From the NCBI GenBank assembly GCA_029564175.1, contig JAKQQL010000035.1, forward strand, positions 1 to 29,487: a stretch of DNA of 29,487 bases, written 5' to 3'. Under the pieces are notes generated by a model. That model was not told where the DNA came from and did not search any database. It was given only the letters and a program-made list of their open reading frames with translations. The stretch is from Candidatus Cloacimonadota bacterium. GTDB taxonomy: Bacteria > Cloacimonadota > Cloacimonadia > Cloacimonadales > WRIO01. Position numbers and translations under genes: made by a program. Below, piece by piece: positions 19,439 to 27,345 of this stretch; the stretch's first letter is position 1, and every line of letters begins with the position of its first letter.

Positions 19439-21727
19439 TTAGTCAATCACGGTAAATTTGCCGGATACTTCAGAGTTTTTTCCTTTTATCTTGTATAAGT
19501 ATATCCCTGAACTGATCTTTCGTTTAAACTCATCTTTTCCATCCCAGTTAAAACGGCTCTGACCTTTACTTCTGTAACCTTTAGCCAGTGTAATGATCTT
19601 TTGCCCTTTGATGTTGTATATACTGAAATCGATATCGTCTGCCTTATCAAACTCAACATCAAAATTACAGAAAAGATTACGTGATGTGCTTAATACCACC
19701 GGATTCGGATAAACCGAACACCTGATATCATGCACCGGGTCGATAGCGATCGGGCTTGAAGTCTGAAGCGGATTATACTCATAAGCCCCAATATCAATAC
19801 TTCCATTATATACTCTTGGTTTACCGGCAAGATCCGTTTCCGGCAAAACATAATCCGGCGGAAAATCAAGCGTTCCGGCATCAATACATTGAGAAAATGG
19901 ACTCAGGGCATAAGGGTTATCACCATTCTGTATAAAGCCAGGATCTCCGTAAAGACAATTTTCTCTGTTAATAATTGGGTTTTGATGAGTAATAAATGTA
20001 GAATCACTGTCTTCAAAAAACAAACAGTTTTTAAAATTTACTTTTAGTGTATCACTAAATAATCCTTCATTTATTACACCAATGATATTGGGTTGATTGT
20101 TATAGAATATTGAATTATAAAAGTTTACCTTACTCTTTTGACTAAGATGAACAGGCCCATAATAGCCGGTACAGTTTGAAACCGTAAAGTTTGAAAAGTA
20201 ATTCTTTTGGATTGGATATGTATCTTCATTAGCATAATTATTATAAAGAAAAGCACATCCCATGTATGGAAAACCCCATAATACCTGGCTCATATCACTA
20301 ACATTAAAAATACCCACATTAGATATTGAAACAGGTAAAGTTTCCGGTTCATAAGAGGTAATACCATAACTCATTGCCCTTTTCCCCCCATTGATGAGAA
20401 TATTTTCCTGTCTGGATGGAGTTGTCAGCTGACCAAGAAATATATGAGAAGAACCCCTTGGGGCATTAACCTCAATATTCTGCATCACTAAATCTTTTAT
20501 CCACATATGATTAAATATAAATAATATTTTATCTAAACTGACAGAGACACTTATATTTTTAAAAGTCACATGATTACCTTTATCAAGATAAAAGATGTTT
20601 TCATTCTCCAAAAACTGGGTACCTGGATTATCAATATTCAAGTCCTGTATTAGGACATTTTCAATTGATCTGCCATCAAATACTGAGCTTTGATTAAGGC
20701 AATCAATGGTAAATCTCCCATTATAGCCTTTAAAATGGACACCATCTTTTAAGAGTAATGGGAATAGTTCTTCTCCTTCAAGCGGTGAATATACGCCTGG
20801 CTCAATAAAAATAGTAACAGGGCTTTCAATGTTTCCCTGTATCCGGCTTAAAGCAGTATAGATATTTCTGAGCGGTTCATTCATGCTTAATCCGCTATTT
20901 GAATCATCTCCGTTAATACTAACATACAAGTCTTGAATAACAGGTTGAAAAAAACTTTGCTCGGCAGTAAAATCACTCAGTCCGATATTTTCTTCAGCAG
21001 TATTCAGTACCTTTATATAATATTTAGAATAAAAAGCATATGAGGCGATATCTAAGTGCAAGGCGTTTACAGATGTCGTGTTGTATAATGAAAGATCATT
21101 TGTTAACCCTCCTGCATTTGAATAAATGGAATTCTTGTGTACATTATCAAATACAATAGCAGATCCATTATCTACTGTATCGACAAATGCAACAGAGAGA
21201 CCACCAACAAAATTTGCTGAATTAAATCGAATGACATTCCCCGATATAAAGGTAGAACAATCTGTTAATGCGATCCCTCCAGATGAAAAAGATCTGTTAT
21301 ACTGGACAATGTTAGCTTTCAATATGAGGTTTTGACTATTTCTTGCGAGAATCGCTCCACCACCCCTTAATCCAAATCCTTGAAGTGAGCCAATCCCATG
21401 TTCAAAAGTCAACCCGATCACAGCAGAATTGTGAGAATTAAACATATACAGACCCTGACCTTGCTGATTGCCATCAATGATAGTATTGTTTATATCTGTC
21501 TCATCCTGACTAAACAGATATAAACTGCTAAGGGTCAGTGTTTTCGAGCCAACAGTCAGGTTTTCGTAGTATCTGCCCGGATGTATCAGAATCGTATCTC
21601 CGCTGACTGCAGTATGAATTGCCAGCTGAATACTGGTAAATGCCTGACCGGTGTTACCAACCTCCAGGATGTTTGCATAGATCGTAGAAGATAATAAAAC
21701 CAGCAAAAGAAAGACTATTTTTTTCAT
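19439..21727 (-). CDS. Secreted surface protein with pectin-lyase-like beta-helix/DUF1565-like repeats, a choice-of-anchor-Q-like segment and a C-terminal T9SS/FlgD-Ig-like domain
   Basis: Signal peptide MKKIVFLLLVLLSSTIYA (GGAG RBS before 21727); FTSIQ.AI..A.SGDTILIHPG.Y.EN; YVS..GDDSNSG.S...P.RNI..AL; SQCIDAG..DLAG.PR....IDIGAYEY; YPNP..IYNIKGQK..WDGKD..SSGIYLY. Confidence 0.85.
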   Translation of the reverse strand: MKKIVFLLLVLLSSTIYANILEVGNTGQAFTSIQLAIHTAVSGDTILIHPGRYYENLTVGSKTLTLSSLYLFSQDETDINNTIIDGNQQGQGLYMFNSHNSAVIGLTFEHGIGSLQGFGLRGGGAILARNSQNLILKANIVQYNRSFSSGGIALTDCSTFISGNVIRFNSANFVGGLSVAFVDTVDNGSAIVFDNVHKNSIYSNAGGLTNDLSLYNTTSVNALHLDIASYAFYSKYYIKVLNTAEENIGLSDFTAEQSFFQPVIQDLYVSINGDDSNSGLSMNEPLRNIYTALSRIQGNIESPVTIFIEPGVYSPLEGEELFPLLLKDGVHFKGYNGRFTIDCLNQSSVFDGRSIENVLIQDLNIDNPGTQFLENENIFYLDKGNHVTFKNISVSVSLDKILFIFNHMWIKDLVMQNIEVNAPRGSSHIFLGQLTTPSRQENILINGGKRAMSYGITSYEPETLPVSISNVGIFNVSDMSQVLWGFPYMGCAFLYNNYANEDTYPIQKNYFSNFTVSNCTGYYGPVHLSQKSKVNFYNSIFYNNQPNIIGVINEGLFSDTLKVNFKNCLFFEDSDSTFITHQNPIINRENCLYGDPGFIQNGDNPYALSPFSQCIDAGTLDFPPDYVLPETDLAGKPRVYNGSIDIGAYEYNPLQTSSPIAIDPVHDIRCSVYPNPVVLSTSRNLFCNFDVEFDKADDIDFSIYNIKGQKIITLAKGYRSKGQSRFNWDGKDEFKRKISSGIYLYKIKGKNSEVSGKFTVID

Positions 21728-21748
21728 TAAATACTCCAATTTCTAAGT

Positions 21749-21778
21749 AACAAAGGGCAGATTCCTCTGCCCTTTGTT
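21749..21778 (-). terminator. Hairpin/terminator between the two secreted-protein genes
   Basis: AACAAAGGGCAGA-TTCC-TCTGCCCTTTGTT inverted repeat. Confidence 0.7.
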
Positions 21779-21786
21779 GATAATTG

Positions 21787-24012
21787 TTATTTCACAAACA
21801 TTAGTTTTTTGGTAAAGTTCTGGGTATCAGTACTGACTCTGTAGAAATAGACGCCAGTTGAAACAGAATGATTATTATCATCTTCACCTGTCCATACAAA
21901 ACCGTGTGTACCCTGACTCAGCTGTTGATTCACCAGGGTTTTGACTTTCTGACCTTTGACATTGTAGATATCCACACTGACTTTTTGTGCTTCGTTTAAT
22001 GAGAAGCGAATGGTTGTGCTTGGATTACCCGGATTAGGGTAATTTCTCAGATTAAACACCTGAGCTGGTTTTTCTTCCTGATTGCTTGTTGACAACAAGC
22101 GAATATTGTTAAACTGAATATCACCGGTATAGAGTTCAGCTTTTTTCTTCGCTTTATCAGGGCTTACTTCATAAGCAATAAAGTCTTTGCTGGAATTTTT
22201 AGATCCATCTATCACTTCAAAAGAAAGCGGATAACCTTCATAGCCACTGGTATATAGGAGAATCTGAGCAGGAAACTCGTTGACTTTGACAGCACCAATA
22301 CAGTCATTGTTAGCAAAGACACCGATTTCCATTTCACCGGACTTGGCATCTACAGATTCGATGTTTAATACTTCATAATCAGGCTGAGTCATATAAGAGA
22401 AACTGCTTGCCTGCTGAACCAGTGGAGCCGGTGTGGAGCTGATCAGACTGTTGTTCCAGGTAAAATTCGGAATCGAAGCGATGCCTGTTTTTAATTCAAT
22501 GATATACATCTTACCAAATTCCATCATCTGATACATATTATTGGCTGTCAGCATATTACTTGCGTCATACGCCCAGCGTTCTGAATAAACCCGCTGAACA
22601 GAGTTAAAATGAGAGCCTAAGGCATCTTTCAGGGTTTGATTGTTCATCAGCCAATAACCAACCCAGGCACCGCTGTTTAAAGTTAGCACTTCATTTTGAG
22701 GGAGAATATATTCATTCTGATATGCAAAAGTAGTAACGATTGAAGAATTTCTGATGTTAGCTTTAAATCCTAATTTTTGATCAGGAGGATTTATAAGTCC
22801 GTTATTTATCCAATTTCCATTATCAGGTTTTATAGCAAAATTACCAAGTATATCTACTATTTTTACAGGACTTCCAGGTAACTCATTGTATGCAGTTTTA
22901 AATGGATAGGAAAACCATCCCCAGTAGTTTTTTGTGCCTATTGGCAGACTGGAAGGAAAAAAGCAGTCTCTTTCATGCAGTTTTCGATAGATATTTGAGC
23001 TTTTTGAATTTGTTCTGACATGCCATAATCCATTACCGGGTGCATAATAATCAAAAGCAGGATATGAATATGTTTGAGTTGAACCATAAGAATCATTCAC
23101 GATTTCATCCATACCTTCCTGATTAGTTGTAAATTCTGTTGTTAACACTAAAAAATAGTTATAACTTCTATATCTGGCGTTTGAAGATAATTTATATTCA
23201 TTACCATATGCATTATATCCTCTTCTTCTTAAGGAAAATCCCTGCTTCCCATCAGTCATTACAAAGTTACCTGACCAGTTTGATTCATAATAAATATTAT
23301 CTGTGTCATTTAACAGGTTCTCAGCCACTTTCCCCATTTTCCAGTTATTGACAAATAGTTGAGATAAGATATATCTGAAATATTGTGATGAATCAACTGG
23401 ATTAAGTCTATCAAAATTTGTCATATCCATAGCATATTCTGAATTTCCAGTATCTTGCTCAATCTGTGTTAACATTGTATTTAAAGCGGAGCTTGACACA
23501 GTCCCATTATGTGCAAAAGCATAGTATTTTCCTTCACTGTTTTGGAATACATAAGGATGCGGGTCAGGAGTTTCAGCAGTAATTGTACCTGTTGTAGCTT
23601 GTCTCAGATGGGCAATGATAACATGAGGAGAAGAAGCTTTAATGATATTGATCGCATCAGTAAATTTCGTATCTGAGTTAGCTTGTCTGTTTCCTGAAAA
23701 ACGAAGCGGATCAGGCGTTATTGTGTATGTGTTATTACTCGCATGATAGATATAAGTCGATCCTGGGATAGGATTTCCATTAATATCAAATGCAACAATC
23801 CCCCAGCCATTTGGATTACCAGCTCCCTGTGCCTTGAAACATGTTAACAAGGAGTCAACATCTGCTTGCGGCAAAGCATCCTTATCCTTTGACACCAGCA
23901 TAAACAGCTTGCAGGCAAATAAATTCGAAGTGAATAAAATACTAAACAATACAACCAATAAGCAAAATACTTTTTTTACTCTAAATAAAACAGCGGTCGG
24001 TTTAGAATACAT
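21787..24012 (-). CDS. Secreted class II glutamine amidotransferase-like (Ntn hydrolase, EgtC/YafJ-like) protein with a C-terminal T9SS/FlgD-Ig-like domain
   Basis: AAGGAGG RBS before ATG 24012; hydrophobic leader ending LFA|CKLF; NGWG, AHLRQAT, PHPY, FAHNG, VDS; C-terminal NYPNP.NPSTTI..IYNVKGQKV..W.G.D..STGVYFY. Confidence 0.85.
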   Translation of the reverse strand: MYSKPTAVLFRVKKVFCLLVVLFSILFTSNLFACKLFMLVSKDKDALPQADVDSLLTCFKAQGAGNPNGWGIVAFDINGNPIPGSTYIYHASNNTYTITPDPLRFSGNRQANSDTKFTDAINIIKASSPHVIIAHLRQATTGTITAETPDPHPYVFQNSEGKYYAFAHNGTVSSSALNTMLTQIEQDTGNSEYAMDMTNFDRLNPVDSSQYFRYILSQLFVNNWKMGKVAENLLNDTDNIYYESNWSGNFVMTDGKQGFSLRRRGYNAYGNEYKLSSNARYRSYNYFLVLTTEFTTNQEGMDEIVNDSYGSTQTYSYPAFDYYAPGNGLWHVRTNSKSSNIYRKLHERDCFFPSSLPIGTKNYWGWFSYPFKTAYNELPGSPVKIVDILGNFAIKPDNGNWINNGLINPPDQKLGFKANIRNSSIVTTFAYQNEYILPQNEVLTLNSGAWVGYWLMNNQTLKDALGSHFNSVQRVYSERWAYDASNMLTANNMYQMMEFGKMYIIELKTGIASIPNFTWNNSLISSTPAPLVQQASSFSYMTQPDYEVLNIESVDAKSGEMEIGVFANNDCIGAVKVNEFPAQILLYTSGYEGYPLSFEVIDGSKNSSKDFIAYEVSPDKAKKKAELYTGDIQFNNIRLLSTSNQEEKPAQVFNLRNYPNPGNPSTTIRFSLNEAQKVSVDIYNVKGQKVKTLVNQQLSQGTHGFVWTGEDDNNHSVSTGVYFYRVSTDTQNFTKKLMFVK

Positions 24013-24040
24013 AATATCCTCCTTCATATTTTGCATAACC

Positions 24041-24070
24041 AATAAATCGATATATATATATATATGTCAA
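24041..24070 (-). promoter_or_regulatory. Putative sigma70 promoter with an (AT)8 tract as spacer
   Basis: Minus strand TTGACA (24070-24065), then TATATATATATATATCGA, then TTTATT, then the RBS of the Ntn-hydrolase gene. Confidence 0.55.
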
Positions 24071-24104
24071 GATATTTTTTGAAAAATATTAAAAAAAAGC
24101 AACT

Positions 24105-24137
24105 GTAGGGATTTCCGAAGCGAAGCGCCGTAAATCC
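24105..24137 (+). repeat. REP-like element (GTAG plus hairpin with internal GCGAAGC)
   Basis: GTAG-GGATTT-CCGAAGCGAAGCGCCGT-AAATCC. Only one copy is present in the window. Confidence 0.5.
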
Positions 24138-24213
24138 TGAACAAGTCGTAACTCAAGTATCCTGCTTGTAAAATTCAATCTCGCGCGGATATTGAGAATG
24201 AAGTAAGCAATTC

Positions 24214-24284
24214 GTAGGGGCAACCCTTGCGGTTGCCCCTATATATGTTCTACTAATTTGGGTAGGTGCAAGACCTACCCCTAC
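24214..24284. repeat. REPIN-like inverted REP doublet
   Basis: GTAG-GGGCAACC-CTTGC-GGTTGCCC on the plus strand (from 24214) and GTAG-GGGTAGGT-CTTGC-ACCTACCC on the minus strand (24284-24260). Both have the same CTTGC loop and are separated by about 20 nt. Confidence 0.8.
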
Positions 24285-24439
24285 CGTTGCCCTTCGTAAT
24301 AAGGTATTAAATTCACCCAACTATAAGTCTCTTCTTTGAAGTACAAAAAAACAGTTAAGCCCACTTCGCTTATCTCTAAAATATTATCTGATTATTAGTT
24401 TAAACCTAATGGTATTATCAGTCTCAAACCCTACCAATT

Positions 24440-24463
24440 AAAAAAGCCGGCTTTCACCGGCTT
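24440..24463 (-). terminator. Terminator of the lipoprotein gene
   Basis: Minus strand AAGCCGG-TGAAAG-CCGGCTT followed by TTTT. Confidence 0.85.
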
Positions 24464-24486
24464 AATCGTATTAAAATAGTAAAACC

Positions 24487-25038
24487 TTATTTGTTAATTT
24501 CTTTATCCAGTTCTTCAAAAGACTGTGAAGCTCTGAAACGGTTGTAAAGAGATTCTTCTTTTTTAATGCGATCAACAGTTGCTTTGTTTACATCAGCTTT
24601 AGGAATAGCAACCTGTACAAATGTTTTGTAACGGCCATTTTCCATGGTGTAAGTCTTACGTTTGGTAATAGTAGTGCCATTAAACTTTTGATTTGCAACA
24701 ACCTTGGTAGCCTGCTCTGTTAAAGCAACCACTTCAGGGTTATCAACACCAGATTCTGACATGAAATTTTTTGTCATGCTTTTCACATGCGCTTCTACAC
24801 GATTTGCAGCTTCTGCCATACCATTTGCAATTGCAGCCTGTTCTGACATATTCTGACTTACTTTTTCACCGTTACCATAGCAGAATAGATAAGTATCGTT
24901 TTCAGTTTCTACCCCGTACCAATCAGGAGAAAAGACTTCTTTTGGACCTGTAGGCTGTTTTGCACTGCCACCGCCACAAGCAATAAATACTAATCCACTT
25001 AATGCAAGCATGATTACCATTATCTTGGTAAGTTTCAT
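24487..25038 (-). CDS. Lipoprotein (LPP20-like)
   Basis: Lipobox VFIA-C; P.W motif, G.G, AxxxAxxxA helix and alpha/beta pattern resembling LPP20-family lipoproteins; GGAGG RBS. Confidence 0.7.
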   Translation of the reverse strand: MKLTKIMVIMLALSGLVFIACGGGSAKQPTGPKEVFSPDWYGVETENDTYLFCYGNGEKVSQNMSEQAAIANGMAEAANRVEAHVKSMTKNFMSESGVDNPEVVALTEQATKVVANQKFNGTTITKRKTYTMENGRYKTFVQVAIPKADVNKATVDRIKKEESLYNRFRASQSFEELDKEINK

Positions 25039-25084
25039 AATTACCTCCGTTTTTTTGATAACGAAATTACTTTCTTTAAAGTTG

Positions 25085-25113
25085 ATATTAACAAAGCACT
25101 ATGTATATGTCAA
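25085..25113 (-). promoter_or_regulatory. Sigma70 promoter of the lipoprotein gene
   Basis: TTGACA-17 nt-TAATAT on the minus strand. Confidence 0.65.
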
Positions 25114-25128
25114 GCCTTTTTTTCAAAT

Positions 25129-26985
25129 TTAAAGGATTTTTTTCTCTTTTATGAGTTCTAACACAGATTCAGGGCATAGTTTAATCTTGTTTTTCAGAAT
25201 GCTGGTCGCTCCATGAGTTATAAATTCATCAGGGATTGCAAATGGATATACCTTTATCTGATAGGGATTTAAAAGCATGGACAGATGTTCACCAACCCCT
25301 CCGTTTAAGGCATTTTCTTCAATTGTAATGATCGGCTGTTTTTCTTTTATCAAATCTAAGATTAACCCCATATCCAAGGGTTTTACAAAACTCATACTAA
25401 TGACTGATATATTTACTCCAAGCTGGTCTTTAATCATTTGAGCTGCTTTTTTTGCAATTAATAAGCCTGAGCCAACACCAATCAGCGTTAATTTTTCTCC
25501 CTTTTGTATCAAATTTGATTTTCCATACTCAAAGCCGGCATAATCAGGATCACTTTCAGCACATCCTCTTGGATATCTGATAACGACTGGTCCTTCAGTG
25601 AATTCAGCAGCCCATTCCATCGCCTTTTCCATTTCTTCAAGGCAATAAGGCGCAATCACAGTCATATTCGGTATCATCTGCATCATAGATAAATCAAAGA
25701 CACCATGATGGGTAGCACCATCTTCACCTACCAAACCCGCGCGATCCAGACAAAATACGACTGGCAGTTTCTGTAGAGCAATATCATGAATAATCTGATC
25801 AAGCGCTCTTTGAATAAAAGTCGAATAAATGGCTACAAATGGTTTAATCCCCTGTATTGCCAGACCGCCTGCAAATGTAACCGCATGCTGTTCTGCAATA
25901 CCTACATCAAAAAAACGGCTGGGAAATTTCTTAGAAAACTCGGTTAAACCTGTTCCATCAGCCATAGCAGCAGTGATTGCTACAATTTTCTTATTTTTCT
26001 CTGAAAGCGATATCAGCTTGGAACCAAATACTTCAGACCATGAGGCTTGTTTAGCAGAACAAACATCGCCGGTTTTTAAGTCAAAAGGGCCAATACCGTG
26101 AAATTTTGAAACCTGTTTTTCTGCAAAAGAATAGCCTTTTCCTTTTTTGGTTATCAAATGAATTAAAACTGGTCCTTCCATATTATCTTTCACTTTATTG
26201 AAAATTCTAACCAGTCTAGGGATATCATGGCCATCTATAGGACCAACATACTTAAAATTCAAGTCTTCAAAAAAGATATTGGGTACCAGAATATTAATCA
26301 GGCTTTCTTCCAGTTTCTGTGCGCCAGTAATAAAACGTCTTCTCATTTTGGTAGGTAAGACACTGGACTTATCCCATACCTGTTTTTTTAGGTAATTGTA
26401 TGATTTACTGGTCATCATATTCGCCAGATGGTTTTGAAGCGCTCCAACATTTTTTGAAATCGACATCTCATTGTCATTCAGCACTACAATAAAGTTCTTT
26501 TGCAGATGTCCGGCATGATTCAAGGCTTCAAAAGCCATCCCTCCGGTTAAAGCACCATCTCCAATGACTGCAATGCTGTGCCCTTTTTCTTTCTGCATTT
26601 CTTTTGCCAGACAAATGCCCAATGCTGCAGATATTGAAGTACTGCTGTGCCCCACACCAAAAGCATCATAAGGGCTTTCAAAGATATTATTAAAGCCGGA
26701 AATTCCTTCGTATGTTCTTAATGTATCAAAACGTTCATTTCTTTCTGTAAGAATCTTGTACGCATAAGACTGATGCCCGACATCAAATACAATTCTGTCC
26801 TGTAAAGGATTAAAAACCTTCAACATAGCAATGATAAAATCTGTTGCACCTAAACTGGGTGCTATATGCCCACCATTTTTGGAAGTAACATCAATGATAC
26901 GCTTACGCACATCTTCGGCTAACTCTATCAATTCATTGTAGTGTAGTCTTTTTATCTGTTCCGGTGTTTTTATTTTTTCTAACAT
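25129..26985 (-). CDS. dxs: 1-deoxy-D-xylulose-5-phosphate synthase
   Basis: GGH, DVGHQ.Y, GHSSTSISA, IGDGALTGGMAFEALNHAG, DVGIAEQHA, DRAGLVGEDG.THHG, RYPRG. Start at 26985 with GAGGGA RBS. Confidence 0.97.
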   Translation of the reverse strand: MLEKIKTPEQIKRLHYNELIELAEDVRKRIIDVTSKNGGHIAPSLGATDFIIAMLKVFNPLQDRIVFDVGHQSYAYKILTERNERFDTLRTYEGISGFNNIFESPYDAFGVGHSSTSISAALGICLAKEMQKEKGHSIAVIGDGALTGGMAFEALNHAGHLQKNFIVVLNDNEMSISKNVGALQNHLANMMTSKSYNYLKKQVWDKSSVLPTKMRRRFITGAQKLEESLINILVPNIFFEDLNFKYVGPIDGHDIPRLVRIFNKVKDNMEGPVLIHLITKKGKGYSFAEKQVSKFHGIGPFDLKTGDVCSAKQASWSEVFGSKLISLSEKNKKIVAITAAMADGTGLTEFSKKFPSRFFDVGIAEQHAVTFAGGLAIQGIKPFVAIYSTFIQRALDQIIHDIALQKLPVVFCLDRAGLVGEDGATHHGVFDLSMMQMIPNMTVIAPYCLEEMEKAMEWAAEFTEGPVVIRYPRGCAESDPDYAGFEYGKSNLIQKGEKLTLIGVGSGLLIAKKAAQMIKDQLGVNISVISMSFVKPLDMGLILDLIKEKQPIITIEENALNGGVGEHLSMLLNPYQIKVYPFAIPDEFITHGATSILKNKIKLCPESVLELIKEKKIL

Positions 26986-27000
26986 ATTGATTCCCTCATA

Positions 27001-27061
27001 GTAGGACAAGCAACCTGCTTGTCACTTCGCAAGCTGGTAGCTTGCGGTACAACCTGCTTGT
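27001..27061. repeat. Inverted REP-like doublet upstream of dxs
   Basis: GTAG-GACAAGCA-ACC-TGCTTGTC (+, 27001-27023) facing GTAC-CGCAAGCT-ACC-AGCTTGCG (-, 27050-27028). CAACCTGCTTGT is repeated at 27011 and 27050. Confidence 0.8.
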
Positions 27062-27078
27062 TATATTTTTCACCTAAT

Positions 27079-27345
27079 TTATCCCTTTTTCATCGCATTG
27101 AAAAATTGTTTTAATTCTTGTTTCTTTTCATCTGCCAGATCATGCCAGCGAATCCCTTGAATAGCGCCTTCCAAGGCATATAAAGTATTCAGACATGTGT
27201 CATGTTCTTCTGCAAGTAATCTTAACCAGGCTTCTTTTGAACCTTCTTGTAACAATGCTTCTACATTATTAATTCCCACTTTGGATAATCTTTCAACTGC
27301 TGTTTTTCCAATATTGGGTAAATCCGATAATTTCATATCACTCAT
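27079..27345 (-). CDS. Stand-alone TfoX/Sxy C-terminal domain protein (start 27345 or 27336)
   Basis: LSDLPNIG....RL.KVGI...E.L...GS.EAW.RL.......LYALEGAIQGIRWHDL....K.EL. Confidence 0.88.
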   Translation of the reverse strand: MSDMKLSDLPNIGKTAVERLSKVGINNVEALLQEGSKEAWLRLLAEEHDTCLNTLYALEGAIQGIRWHDLADEKKQELKQFFNAMKKG

